DNA of 64,000 bases from Alkalispirochaeta sp. (GCA_965242725.1 CBDESZ010000004.1:160001-224000), one strand, 5' to 3'. Shown: positions 8,839 through 18,920, counted from the stretch's first letter. Numbers and translations are program-made. Notes: generated from the sequence alone by a model not told the origin.

Positions 8839-10677
8839 TTACGAAAGAGTAGCCCGGGAACGGTCTTCCACGAACTGGTTGGTGTACAGACGGTGATAGC
8901 GACCTTTGGCGGACATAAGCGAATCATGGGTACCATCCTCCACAATGCGCCCCTCATGAATTACCACAATACGGTCGGCGTCGCGGATCGTACTCAGACG
9001 ATGGGCGATGACAAAACTCGTCCGGTCGTGAAGAAGCGTCCGGATCGCATCCTGAATCAGTTGTTCCGTCTCCGTATCGACACTGCTCGTTGCCTCATCG
9101 AGGATGAAAAAGACCGGATCCGCAAGAATTGCACGGGCAAAGCTGATGAGCTGCTTCTCCCCGACGGAGAGGAGGCTGCCCCCTTCTCCCACATCGGTGT
9201 CAAAACCGTTTTCCAGTCGCCCGATAAAGGCGCCGGCGTTCACAATACGCGCCGCCTCCTCTATTTCATCATCGGTGGCGTCAAGACGTCCATATCGAAT
9301 ATTTTCCCGGACGGTGCCGCTGAAGAGCTGAGGCGTCTGAAGGACGTATCCGAGGTGGCGGTGGAGCCACAGTTGGCTCCGCTCCCGGTAGTCCGTGTCG
9401 TCAATGAGAATCTGTCCCTCCGTGGGCTCGTAGAACCGGCACAACAGGTTGACGATGGTGCTCTTGCCGGATCCCGTCTCCCCGACCAGGGCGACCGTCT
9501 CTCCCTGCCCGACGGTGAGGTTGAAGTTTTCCAGGACCCGTTCGCCGTCCGGGTAGGTGAAGCCGACATTCCTGAACTCAACCTGTCCGACCGGTCGTTC
9601 CCAGTTTTCGTAGTTGGGCAGAAAACTGTCGCCGTACCTGGCAATGACCTCCGGTGTGTCCTGGATCTCAGGTTCCGTCTCGATCATGGCGATAATTCGC
9701 TCTGCCGATGCCTGAGCCGCCTGGAGTTCCGCAAAGACGCGGGCCAGTTCCCGTACCGGTTCAAAATATAGCACCGTATAACCAACAAATGTGGCCACCG
9801 TACCATAGGTGATCGTTCCGGCGATGATTCCCCGTCCGCCCGCCCAGAACGCCGCGGCGGTTCCCACCGTTCCGAGGGCAAGAACGACGGGGAGGTAGAG
9901 ACTCGAGAGGACGGCTGTTTGCACGCTGTATCGCCGCATGTTCGTCGTGAGTTCCGCAAACTCCCTCAGGTTCTCCGCCTCCCTCACGAGGGTCTTGGTG
10001 GTTCGGGCCCCCATGATGCCTTCATTGTAGGCTCCGCTGATTTTGGAGTTTGTCTTTCGAACCTGACGGTGGCCGGCGAGAATTCGCTTTTGAAAGTAGT
10101 TGCTCACCACTGCCAGGACGGGTACGACCGAAAGAACGAGCAGTGCCAGACGCCAGTTGAGAATGAACATCGCCACCGCGGTTGCCGCCATCACCATGGC
10201 TCCCCATACGATGTCCACCAGCGCCCAGCTCACCACCTCTCCGAGGCGTGTCGCGTCGCTGGTCATGCGTGCCATGATCCAACCCAATGGGGTCCGGTCA
10301 AAATAGCTGAAACTCAGTTCCTGCAGACGCCGAAATCCCCTGGCGCGCAAGTCGTATGCGATACCCACTTCAACTCCGCCGGCAAGGGTGATGACGAGCC
10401 ACACATTCAGCGTCTGTACCAATACCAGCACGGCGTAGACGGCCGCGAAGCCGACGAGACCGTCCTTCCGACCTGGTACGATAAATCTGTCAATGGCGTA
10501 TCCGTTCAGGGCGGGAAATACGGTATCTATAACGCCGACGGCGATCATCACCGCCGTCAACAGGGCCATCCGGCCCCGGTAGGAGCGCATCATTCCCAGA
10601 ATTTTTTTCCACACGGCGGTATCAAAGCGTCGTGTAAAGGTTGTTTCCTGAAATCCTGTCTTCATCTTTCCACTCAC
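8839..10677 (-). CDS. ABC exporter, fused permease/ATPase subunit (heterodimer partner 2)
   Basis: TM domain plus GETGSGKST Walker A, LSVGEKQ signature, ILDEATS. Confidence 0.93.
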   Translation of the reverse strand: MSGKMKTGFQETTFTRRFDTAVWKKILGMMRSYRGRMALLTAVMIAVGVIDTVFPALNGYAIDRFIVPGRKDGLVGFAAVYAVLVLVQTLNVWLVITLAGGVEVGIAYDLRARGFRRLQELSFSYFDRTPLGWIMARMTSDATRLGEVVSWALVDIVWGAMVMAATAVAMFILNWRLALLVLSVVPVLAVVSNYFQKRILAGHRQVRKTNSKISGAYNEGIMGARTTKTLVREAENLREFAELTTNMRRYSVQTAVLSSLYLPVVLALGTVGTAAAFWAGGRGIIAGTITYGTVATFVGYTVLYFEPVRELARVFAELQAAQASAERIIAMIETEPEIQDTPEVIARYGDSFLPNYENWERPVGQVEFRNVGFTYPDGERVLENFNLTVGQGETVALVGETGSGKSTIVNLLCRFYEPTEGQILIDDTDYRERSQLWLHRHLGYVLQTPQLFSGTVRENIRYGRLDATDDEIEEAARIVNAGAFIGRLENGFDTDVGEGGSLLSVGEKQLISFARAILADPVFFILDEATSSVDTETEQLIQDAIRTLLHDRTSFVIAHRLSTIRDADRIVVIHEGRIVEDGTHDSLMSAKGRYHRLYTNQFVEDRSRATLS

Positions 10678-10745
10678 TATTGCGAAACGAGACGGGGTCA
10701 GCCGGATTTTTCCGTCAATTTCCGGTGCCCGACGTGCCCGCGAAA

Positions 10746-12659
10746 CTAAATACCGGCAACGCGACCGAGGTCGCCCGCCGCATCTGCGTCCCAGCCGGTC
10801 TGGATGTCCCAGATCCTGCGGTACAATCCGTCTTCCTCGATCAGCTCCTCGTGGGTACCGATGTGGGTTACGCTGCCTTCGTCGAGAACCACAATCTTGT
10901 CAGCCTCTTTGAGGGTGTTTATGCGATGGCTCACAATAAACGTCGTCGCCTTCACACGGCGTCGCATGGCGACGCGAATCAGTGCGTCCGTTTCCGTGTC
11001 TACGGCGCTCAGGCTGTCATCAAAGACCATGATCGGCGCGTCGGAAAGCAGGGCACGGGCGATGGCAATGCGTTGTTTCTGGCCGCCCGACAGGGTGACG
11101 CCTCGCTCACCCACAAGTGTTTCATATCCGCCGTCAAAGTTCTCAATGACGTCATGCACCGCTGCGGCTCGTGCCGCCTCAAAAATCGCCACATCGGGAA
11201 GATCGGGCCGGGCCATGCGGATGTTGTCGGCAATCGTCTTGCCGTACAGGAATGGTTCCTGCAGGACAAACCCGATATGGCGTCGTATCCATTCCCTGTC
11301 GATTGTGTTCAGTTCCACACCGTCCACGGTGATGCTCCCTTCGACGTAGTCGTAGAGCCGCGGAAGAAGCTGTACAAGCGTCGATTTTCCCGAGCCCGTC
11401 GGCCCGAGAAAGGCAACCGTCTCTCCCTGCTCAACGTCAAAGGTTACGTTGTCCAACACCGGCCGCGTTCCGTCGTAGGAAAACGATACGTTTTCAAATC
11501 GAACCGAACCGGCAATGCGCGGTGTCCGTCCCCGACGGGCAGGTATGACGGTGACCTTCGGCGTTTCCGTGCGGTTCCGATTGAGGGCGATCCGCCACGC
11601 CTCTTCCTCAAGCGGTTCGTCCAGGATTGCTTGGATCCTGCCGGCACTGACAAGACTCTTCCCCAGGTCCGAGAGGATCCGTCCCATTTGGCGTACAGGC
11701 CAGAGGACCATTCCCTGAACCATCATGAAGAGTACAAGTTCTCCCACGGTGAGCGATCCGGTCACACTCAGAACTACGCCCGCGATGAGAACAACCGCAA
11801 TCTGGGTCATACTCAATAGATCCGAAAGGGACCAGTAGAGCGCGAGGAGCCGAACGAGATGGCGTGTCATGGTCCGGTGGTGCCGGTTCCGCGCATCAAA
11901 CATCGTTTCCTCATAGGCTTCACGGCCAAAGGCGCGTACAACCCGTACCCCGTCAAGGTTTTCCTGCAGGCGGGCACTCATGCGCCCCTCCGCCTCGTCA
12001 CTCGCGGTAAATGCGGCCTGGACCCACTTGAAGAATATGAAACTGAAACCGACAAGGATCGGAATCAGCGGCAGGCTGATCCACGTCAGCGTTGTATTGA
12101 CGAACAGGAGTATCGGCAGCGCCGTCGCGACGAGGATGACTGCACGGGCGATTTCAACAAGCTGTACCGCAAGAAACCGTCGGACCGTGTCCACGTCACT
12201 GGTACAGCGCTGTACAAGGTCTCCCGTCTCGGCTCGTGCGTGGTACGCATAGGGGAGGCGTTGCAGGTGATCATAGAGTCGATTGCGGATCGATGCAGCG
12301 GTGTTTTCACTGGCGAGAGCGGCCCCGCGACCGGCGACAAAGGTAAAAAGTCCATTCACGACGGAAAAGCCGACCATGGTAGCTGCCAGTCGCCACAGGG
12401 CTCCGGCGGAAAGAGTACCGCCGGTGAGGGCGAGTACCAGTCGTTCTACTACCGGAATCGCCGACAATGGGCGGTTCCCCACGACTGTATCAATGCCCAC
12501 CTGCAGTATGAGAGGCACCATGTATGCCGCGATCGTGGCACAGGCGGTAAATCCCATCGCCATGATATAGGTCCAGTGATTTCTGCCCATAAAGTCCCAG
12601 AGGAGGGCAATACTTCCCGGTCTTGTTTTTTTATTGTCACTATCAATCGGTTTCATCAT
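10746..12659 (-). CDS. ABC exporter, fused permease/ATPase subunit (heterodimer partner 1, degenerate site)
   Basis: GPTGSGKST, LSGGQKQR, degenerate Walker B VFDDSLSAVD typical of heterodimeric exporters; start placed at MMKPID. Confidence 0.9.
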   Translation of the reverse strand: MMKPIDSDNKKTRPGSIALLWDFMGRNHWTYIMAMGFTACATIAAYMVPLILQVGIDTVVGNRPLSAIPVVERLVLALTGGTLSAGALWRLAATMVGFSVVNGLFTFVAGRGAALASENTAASIRNRLYDHLQRLPYAYHARAETGDLVQRCTSDVDTVRRFLAVQLVEIARAVILVATALPILLFVNTTLTWISLPLIPILVGFSFIFFKWVQAAFTASDEAEGRMSARLQENLDGVRVVRAFGREAYEETMFDARNRHHRTMTRHLVRLLALYWSLSDLLSMTQIAVVLIAGVVLSVTGSLTVGELVLFMMVQGMVLWPVRQMGRILSDLGKSLVSAGRIQAILDEPLEEEAWRIALNRNRTETPKVTVIPARRGRTPRIAGSVRFENVSFSYDGTRPVLDNVTFDVEQGETVAFLGPTGSGKSTLVQLLPRLYDYVEGSITVDGVELNTIDREWIRRHIGFVLQEPFLYGKTIADNIRMARPDLPDVAIFEAARAAAVHDVIENFDGGYETLVGERGVTLSGGQKQRIAIARALLSDAPIMVFDDSLSAVDTETDALIRVAMRRRVKATTFIVSHRINTLKEADKIVVLDEGSVTHIGTHEELIEEDGLYRRIWDIQTGWDADAAGDLGRVAGI

Positions 12660-12678
12660 TGGATACACACGCTCATTC

Positions 12679-12709
12679 AAAAAAAAAGCGCAGGCGGTCC
12701 CTGCGCTTT
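12679..12709 (-). terminator. Leader terminator 2 upstream of the ABC exporter
   Basis: GCGCAGG-GACCG-CCUGCGC followed by a U9 run on the minus strand. Confidence 0.75.
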
Positions 12710-12730
12710 CAGCCCGCCGTAACGGCGGGG

Positions 12731-12760
12731 AAAAAAAAAGGACCAGCGTCACGCTGGTCC
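12731..12760 (-). terminator. Leader terminator 1 (attenuator) upstream of the ABC exporter
   Basis: GGACCAGCG-UGA-CGCUGGUCC followed by a U9 run on the minus strand. Confidence 0.8.
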
Positions 12761-12789
12761 CGTATATGCAAAAAGTGTGCTGACTCGCG

Positions 12790-12906
12790 TCAACAACGGA
12801 ATCCGGTAAAAACGGATTCAAAAAGGACCAGTCGGACAGGGGACGGCATTTGACCGTCGGGCACATAAACCGCGTCATCGATAAAGGGAATCTGATATGC
12901 GCTCAT
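12790..12906 (-). CDS. Putative leader peptide (38 aa, MSAYQIPFIDDAVYVPDGQMPSPVRLVLFESVFTGFRC)
   Basis: SD AAAGGAG upstream; lies between a sigma70-like promoter and tandem terminators; contains an antiterminator sequence. Confidence 0.65.
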   Translation of the reverse strand: MSAYQIPFIDDAVYVPDGQMPSPVRLVLFESVFTGFRC

Positions 12907-12940
12907 TTGACTGCTCCTTTCGTGATTGTTGATGAATTCT

Positions 12941-12969
12941 ATAATGATCGGAGACCGACATGGTGTCAA
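12941..12969 (-). promoter_or_regulatory. Sigma70-type promoter for the leader/ABC exporter operon
   Basis: TTGACA-17 nt-CATTAT on the minus strand. Confidence 0.6.
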
Positions 12970-13043
12970 GTCTTTTCTCCCCGGCAAAAACTCTCGGGAA
13001 ATCGATGTATACTGTCGTACGTCTCCAAAGGAGGTTGGTGGAA

Positions 13044-13763
13044 ATGACGGTACTGGTGGTGGGAGCGAGCGGCGCAACAGGACGCCTTCTCGTGGACCAG
13101 CTTCTTGAGCTGGATGTCTCTGTGCGAATCATTGTACGGCCACGGTCCGTTCTGACGGACCACTTTGTCGGCCGGGAAAACGTGACGATCATTCGGGCGG
13201 ATCTACTTGATCTTGGCGACGATGAGTTGTCCCGACACGTCGCGGGGTGCGACGCCGTCGCCTCCTGTCTCGGTCACAACCTGACGTTGAGGGGGATATT
13301 CGGTCCTCCCCGACGGCTCGTGACGGAGGCGACGGAGCGGTTGTGCCGCGCCGTCCGGGCGGGACGTCCGGAAAAGGCGGTGCGATTCATTCTCATGAAT
13401 ACGGCGGGAAACCAGAACTCCGATCGTCACGAACGGGTCACTGCCGGTGAAAGAATGGTGCTGTGGCTGATTCGCCTTCTTGTACCGCCCCATCGCGACA
13501 ATGAGGAAGCGGCGAAATACCTGCGTGTCCGGATCGGCTCTGCCGACCGGGAGATAGAGTGGGCGGTGGTCAGACCGGACACATTGACCGACAAGGGTGC
13601 GGTGACGGACTATTCTGAACACCCTTCACCGACACGGAGTGCGATCTTCAATCCAGGGACCACCAGTCGCATCAATGTCGCCAATTTCATGGCCCGGCTT
13701 ATCACCGATGACGCATTATGGCAGACGTGGCGCGGGGAAATGCCGGTGTTGTACGATGTATAG
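13044..13763 (+). CDS. NAD(P)-binding Rossmann oxidoreductase (flavin reductase/NmrA-like)
   Basis: VVGASGATG, AVVRPDTL, SRINVANFM motifs; AAGGAGG upstream. Confidence 0.85.
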   Translation: MTVLVVGASGATGRLLVDQLLELDVSVRIIVRPRSVLTDHFVGRENVTIIRADLLDLGDDELSRHVAGCDAVASCLGHNLTLRGIFGPPRRLVTEATERLCRAVRAGRPEKAVRFILMNTAGNQNSDRHERVTAGERMVLWLIRLLVPPHRDNEEAAKYLRVRIGSADREIEWAVVRPDTLTDKGAVTDYSEHPSPTRSAIFNPGTTSRINVANFMARLITDDALWQTWRGEMPVLYDV

Positions 13764-13784
13764 GCGCCGTGGCAGGGAGGTGAG

Positions 13785-14693
13785 GTGAAAGAGGTGGAAC
13801 TTGTCGTGCCGGCACGGGCTTCACTCGGTGAAGGACCGTGCTGGGACTGGCGGATCAACGTTCTGTACTGGATCGACATCAATAACGGCACGGTTATGGT
13901 CTTTGACCCGGCGACCCGCAGGAACATCGCACTAGATACCCACGACTACATCGGGTGTGTCGCGGCAACGACGGGAACGGACCTTCTTGTAGGTCTACGT
14001 GACGGATTCTTTCTGTTGAATCCCCGTTCGGGCGGAATGAAAAAGCTCGCCGATCCTGAGGCGCATCTCCCGGAAAACCGCTTCAACGACGGCAAGGTTG
14101 ACCGTCTCGGCAGGTTCTGGGCGGGGAGCATGCCCATCGATGAAGGGAGCATTGGGAAATCCGCCGCGTCCGTCGGCGCGCTCTACCGCATGGATACCGA
14201 CCTGTCGGTCACGAAAGTCCTTGACGGCGTGACGTTGTCAAACGGCCTTGCCTGGAGCGCCGACGATACGACGTTCTACTATATCGACACCCCCTCCATG
14301 GGGGTGGACGCCTTCGACTTTGACGCGCCGTCGGGAAGGGTGTCCAATCGCCGACGGGTCATCGATTTTCCTCAATCCGAAGGTGTCCCCGACGGATTGA
14401 CCATTGATCGGGACGACATGCTCTGGATCGGCCATTATAACGGCGGCCGCATATCCCGATGGAATCCCCGGACGGGATCCAGGGTTGACGAGATTTTCGT
14501 ACCGGCTCTTCACGCGACGTGCTGCACCTTTGGTGGCGACGATCTCCGTGATCTCTATATTACCACTGCCCGGACAAAGACATTCCCCCGGGACCTCCGA
14601 CGCTTTCCGGAAGCGGGCGGTCTCTTTCGCGTGCGGGTGGATACTCCCGGCGTGCGAACCAATCTGTTTGGCGTCGACAATACCTCAGAGTGA
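13785..14693 (+). CDS. SMP-30/gluconolactonase/LRE family protein
   Basis: LGEGPCWD, NRFNDGKVD, SNGLAWS, PDGLTID motifs. Confidence 0.92.
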   Translation: MKEVELVVPARASLGEGPCWDWRINVLYWIDINNGTVMVFDPATRRNIALDTHDYIGCVAATTGTDLLVGLRDGFFLLNPRSGGMKKLADPEAHLPENRFNDGKVDRLGRFWAGSMPIDEGSIGKSAASVGALYRMDTDLSVTKVLDGVTLSNGLAWSADDTTFYYIDTPSMGVDAFDFDAPSGRVSNRRRVIDFPQSEGVPDGLTIDRDDMLWIGHYNGGRISRWNPRTGSRVDEIFVPALHATCCTFGGDDLRDLYITTARTKTFPRDLRRFPEAGGLFRVRVDTPGVRTNLFGVDNTSE

Positions 14694-14711
14694 TCGTGTG
14701 CCGTCGCCTGC

Positions 14712-16532
14712 TCACTCCCATTGACTGTACAGTCGATTATAACGTGAGCGCATCGCGTCCAGTTGTCGTGAAAGGTCGGCGGCGCGGTTCAGGTCATTTT
14801 GGGTGTACAGACGAGTCACCTCCCGTTCACAGCGCGCCATCTCTTCTTCAAGTTGCATGAGACGTTCTTCAATGGTGAGTTCCCTGCCGGCGACCCGTGT
14901 ATTCCCTTGAACCGTTTTCTTCGACGAGGCGAGGGACCAATATGCCCGGAAGGAGAGGTCGTAGCCCACCAGGGATTCCCTTTCAAATGCGACGATACGT
15001 GTTGCCACCTCATCCAGAAAGTAGCGGTCGTGGCTGACGACGAGGATCGTACCCTGAAAGGAAAGGAGCGCTTCCTCGACGGCCTCCCGGCCGGGAATAT
15101 CCAGGTGATTGGTCGGCTCATCAAGAATGAGAAAATTGGCACCGGTCACCTCGGCGTGGGCGAGCTGCAGTCGATTCCGTTCGCCTCCGGACAGGGAGCC
15201 CGTGTTTCGATCCAGATCTTCATATCGAAACTGATAGCGCGACAGAAGGCTAAACACCCTGTCCCGTGACCCGCCGCCGGCCCGGGAGATCGCCTCTTCC
15301 AGTGTGACATGTCCCGGAAAGAGCTCCTGTTGCTGGGCGCAGTACCCGATGACCATGCTCGGACCAACCCGGAGATGCCCGTTGTCCCAACTGCCGTGCT
15401 CTACAATGGCGCGAAGGAGTGTCGTCTTTCCGCACCCGTTGGGTCCGACGAGGGCAACCCGCTCTCCGCAGTGAATTTGGAGTGATCCATTTCGGAGAAG
15501 CGTCCGGTCCCCGACGGTCAGGGAGTACTCCTGTACGTGGAGGGCGATGTCCGAACGGACCGGCGGTGCATCGAGGCGGATCGCCGCCCGTGCTTCCGTG
15601 AGTTCCGGCCGTTCCCGCGCTTCCTGTCGGGCAAATTCCAGCTGCGTTCGCCGTGCCCGCAGGCGCTTTCCGACGGAGGTACTTGCCACGGAACGGGCGA
15701 GCTGAGCAAGGTAATGGACCTGCGCCTCCAGCCGGGCGAGGTGTTTTGCATCCGCCCGGGAATCCCTCGCTGCCTTCACCGCTTCCCGCAGCCGCGCGGC
15801 GCGATAGGAAGAGAAATTACCCGACCACGAGGTGAGCCGGCCCGATCGCAGTTCCACGATTCGAGTCGCGATTCTGTCCAGAAGAAAGCGATTGTGGGAT
15901 ATAGCGATCACCGCGGCGGGGTAATCCGCGAGGGTTTGTTCCAGCCAGTCAAGGCCCCAGAGATCCAGGTGATTGCCGGGCTCATCGAGAATGAGGAGTT
16001 CCGGGCGGAGGGCAAATGCCCGGACGATCTGTGCCCGGTTCTGTTCACCACCTGAAAGGGACCGTACATCAGTGTCCGCGACCGACTGGAGCCCCATTTC
16101 CGAGAGCAGCGAACGGGCGCGGTCCTCCGCATTGTCGCCGTCCAGATTGTCGTAGCGTTCCCTGAGTTCTCCGTAGCGGTGGAGAACCGTCGTCAATTCT
16201 CCCCCCGTCACCTCGGACATGCGGGTTTCGAGCGACGCCAGGTCATTGCGCATTGTCAGGAGATCCGCCATGACAAACTTCCATAACGGACCGGATACAT
16301 CTGTCGGAAAGAACTGCGGTACCACCACCGCGCTCGCCCCCGGCAACAGTCGGACCGTTCCAGTCTGCGGCACATCGTCCCCTGCAATGAGCTGGACCAG
16401 CGTGCTCTTTCCGGACCCGTTTGCGCCGACCAATCCGATGTGTTCTCCCTGTTCGACAGACATCGTTGCTCCCGCAAGGACGGGTCCCGCGCCGTACCCA
16501 AATGTGAGGTCTGAGACTTCCAATAATGCCAT
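14712..16532 (-). CDS. ABC-F family ribosome-associated ATPase with C-terminal coiled coil
   Basis: Two NBDs (GANGSGKST/LSGGE; GPNGCGKTT/LSGGE/DEPTNHLD), no TM segments; AAGGAG before MALLEV. Confidence 0.9.
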   Translation of the reverse strand: MALLEVSDLTFGYGAGPVLAGATMSVEQGEHIGLVGANGSGKSTLVQLIAGDDVPQTGTVRLLPGASAVVVPQFFPTDVSGPLWKFVMADLLTMRNDLASLETRMSEVTGGELTTVLHRYGELRERYDNLDGDNAEDRARSLLSEMGLQSVADTDVRSLSGGEQNRAQIVRAFALRPELLILDEPGNHLDLWGLDWLEQTLADYPAAVIAISHNRFLLDRIATRIVELRSGRLTSWSGNFSSYRAARLREAVKAARDSRADAKHLARLEAQVHYLAQLARSVASTSVGKRLRARRTQLEFARQEARERPELTEARAAIRLDAPPVRSDIALHVQEYSLTVGDRTLLRNGSLQIHCGERVALVGPNGCGKTTLLRAIVEHGSWDNGHLRVGPSMVIGYCAQQQELFPGHVTLEEAISRAGGGSRDRVFSLLSRYQFRYEDLDRNTGSLSGGERNRLQLAHAEVTGANFLILDEPTNHLDIPGREAVEEALLSFQGTILVVSHDRYFLDEVATRIVAFERESLVGYDLSFRAYWSLASSKKTVQGNTRVAGRELTIEERLMQLEEEMARCEREVTRLYTQNDLNRAADLSRQLDAMRSRYNRLYSQWE

Positions 16533-16569
16533 AATGGCGCTCCTTACACGCCCAGACCACCGGTTACGC

Positions 16570-16601
16570 AAAAAAAAAGCCGCAGACCGATGGCCTGCGG
16601 C
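16570..16601 (-). terminator. Attenuator terminator upstream of the ABC-F gene
   Basis: GCCGCAGGCC-AUC-GGUCUGCGGC followed by U9 on the minus strand. Confidence 0.8.
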
Positions 16602-16626
16602 GTAAAAATACGGTATTAGAGATATG

Positions 16627-16722
16627 TCAAATATCTCTACCCTGCTCCGCAGACACAGCTATCCCTTCTGCGGATTGTGCTCCCGTTGAACGACGAATGT
16701 AGCGAAGCAGGATCTTTTTCAC
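16627..16722 (-). CDS. Putative leader peptide (31 aa, MKKILLRYIRRSTGAQSAEGIAVSAEQGRDI)
   Basis: GTG 6 nt after the -10 of a TTGACC-17-GATACT promoter (16729-16757); carries alternative pairing segments for the terminator. Confidence 0.5.
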   Translation of the reverse strand: MKKILLRYIRRSTGAQSAEGIAVSAEQGRDI

Positions 16723-16753
16723 AGCTCGAGTATCACCCGGTACGACGTGTTGG

Positions 16754-17122
16754 TCAAGTCGTGGTGCCGGACGACCAGAATTCCAGCCGATTGCCTTCCG
16801 GATCGGTGCAGTAAAACGCCGTAGCCCCCCAGACGGAGCGCATCTTTCCCGGAGCGACGCCCTGCTCCGCAAGCTGTGTACGGAGAGTCGTTACATCGTC
16901 CACACGAAAACTCAATGTAAGGCCTTTCCCTCCCGCCGACGGGACGGTTGCGCGGTCCACATCGGCTACACTGAGGTATGCGCCGCCATTGAGGCGGAAC
17001 TCCACAAACCACTCCCGCTCCATCACCGGGCTGAATCCGAGGACTTCGCGGTAGAAAGAGACCGTTGCCGACCACTTGCGGCAGTAGAGAATGGTATTGC
17101 TCCGCCGAACGTTGATATTCAT
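16754..17122 (-). CDS. VOC (glyoxalase/bleomycin resistance) family protein
   Basis: SFYREVLGF...WGATAFYCTDPEGNRLEF. Confidence 0.85.
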   Translation of the reverse strand: MNINVRRSNTILYCRKWSATVSFYREVLGFSPVMEREWFVEFRLNGGAYLSVADVDRATVPSAGGKGLTLSFRVDDVTTLRTQLAEQGVAPGKMRSVWGATAFYCTDPEGNRLEFWSSGTTT

Positions 17123-17171
17123 TCGGAGATCGTAATCTTCCGGGGACGAATTCACAACCGCCGGTGCAGCG

Positions 17172-18023
17172 TTACTTCTCCTGTTCGGTCATGCCTTTGA
17201 TGAAGAGCCGCTGCATTGAAAGGACGACGAAGATCGGTGGGACCATCGCGAGAATTGTGGACGCCATAATAACGTGCCACTCCGCCTGCTGGTCACCGAC
17301 GGAGAGCATGCGGTTAATACCGATCAGGAGCGTGTAATAACGCTCCTGTGTCGTTACCAGAAGAGGCCAAAGATACTGGTTCCAGCCAAAGATGAAAAGA
17401 ATGACAAATAATGCCGCGATCGTCGTCCGGGATATGGGTATGAGGATATGAAGGAAGAATTGCATGGGCGTTGCACCGTCCACCTTGGCGGAATCGGGAA
17501 GCTCCCGCGGAACGGTCATAAAGTACTGTCTGAATAGAAAGGTTGCCGTCGCCGACGCGACGATGGGGAGAATCAGGCCGATATACGAGTCGATCAAGCC
17601 CAAAGAAGCGACCACCTCGTAGGTCGGAAGGATTCGTACTTCCACCGGAAGCATGAGTGTCATAAAAATCGCCCAGAAAAAAAACTGTCGGAGAGGGAAC
17701 CGGAAGAATACAAATGCGAAAGCTGCCAGAAGGGAGATGATGATCTTTCCGACACTGACGCCGAGTGCCATATAAATGCTATTTACAAGCATCAGTCCTG
17801 CCGATGCGCCAAAATCTTCAACACCGGAAGCGATGGCCGTGAAGTAATTATTCAGGACTTCAGTTCCCGGTACGACCGGCATCGGCGCACGCATGATATC
17901 GCCAAGGGAGACGGAGGATGCGACAAAGACGATGTAAATCGGAAATATGAACACCATGACACCGACGATGAGCATCGTATGGGAGATTGTCGTGAGAACC
18001 GGATTTCGTTCAACCATTGCCAT
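17172..18023 (-). CDS. ugpE: sn-glycerol-3-phosphate ABC transporter permease UgpE
   Basis: TLMLPVEVRILPT, ASATATFLFRQ, GWNQYLWPLL. Confidence 0.88.
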   Translation of the reverse strand: MAMVERNPVLTTISHTMLIVGVMVFIFPIYIVFVASSVSLGDIMRAPMPVVPGTEVLNNYFTAIASGVEDFGASAGLMLVNSIYMALGVSVGKIIISLLAAFAFVFFRFPLRQFFFWAIFMTLMLPVEVRILPTYEVVASLGLIDSYIGLILPIVASATATFLFRQYFMTVPRELPDSAKVDGATPMQFFLHILIPISRTTIAALFVILFIFGWNQYLWPLLVTTQERYYTLLIGINRMLSVGDQQAEWHVIMASTILAMVPPIFVVLSMQRLFIKGMTEQEK

Positions 18024-18035
18024 AGCTGCTGTCCC

Positions 18036-18920
18036 TCAATAGTGCACTTTCCGCTCAAAAAAGCGAAACTGAATGAACGTCAAAGATATAACGATTGCCA
18101 TAAGAACCACTGACTGGGCAGAGGAGCTACCGAGATTCAAATTTACGAAGCCGTCCTGATACACTTTGTAAACCAGTATGTTTGTCGCCTGGTTGGGTCC
18201 GCCTTTTGTCACCTGATGGATGATGCCGAAGGTAAGAAAAAATGTGTACATCACATTCATGACGATCAGGAAGAAGGTTGTTGGACTGAGGAGCGGAAAA
18301 GAAATCAACCAGAACCGTTTGCCAGGTCGTGCGCCGTCGATGGCGGCGGACTCCAGGAGAGACGGAGGAATGCTTTGAAGCCCCGCGAGGAAGAAAAGAA
18401 AATTGTAGGCGATCTGCTTCCATGAAGCGGCGATCGTCACTAACAGAAATCCGTGGGTACGTCGTAATGCATGGTTCCAGTCATAGCCCAGTTGTTCCAG
18501 TGCAAAAGAAACAACGCCTACAGTGGGATTAAAGAGAAAAAGCCACATGACTCCGGCAACTGCCGGTGCAACGGCATACGGCCAGATAAGCATAGTAGTA
18601 TAGAATTTTGAACCTCGAGTGACGCGGTCGGCGAGAACCGCGAGATAAAGGGCGATTCCCATCGATAGGACCATCACGAAAAAGCTAAAAAGAAAGGTTA
18701 TCCGTATCGAATGGAGGTAGCTTTCGTCTGCAAAGAGCCTGATGAAGTTTTCAAGTCCGACAAACTCACGGCGCGTGCCGAAGGCATCTTCACGAAAGAG
18801 TGAGAGCACGAGGGCTTGAAACCCCGGCCAGAGGAAAAAGAGCGCCACAATTGCAATCTGTGGAAATACGAGGACGTAGGGAAGTATCTTGTTATCGAAA
18901 ACTGCGCGGTTGTTTTCCAC
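18036..18920 (-). CDS. ugpA: sn-glycerol-3-phosphate ABC transporter permease UgpA
   Basis: [43 protein letters not shown] start inferred. Confidence 0.88.
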   Translation of the reverse strand: MENNRAVFDNKILPYVLVFPQIAIVALFFLWPGFQALVLSLFREDAFGTRREFVGLENFIRLFADESYLHSIRITFLFSFFVMVLSMGIALYLAVLADRVTRGSKFYTTMLIWPYAVAPAVAGVMWLFLFNPTVGVVSFALEQLGYDWNHALRRTHGFLLVTIAASWKQIAYNFLFFLAGLQSIPPSLLESAAIDGARPGKRFWLISFPLLSPTTFFLIVMNVMYTFFLTFGIIHQVTKGGPNQATNILVYKVYQDGFVNLNLGSSSAQSVVLMAIVISLTFIQFRFFERKVHY

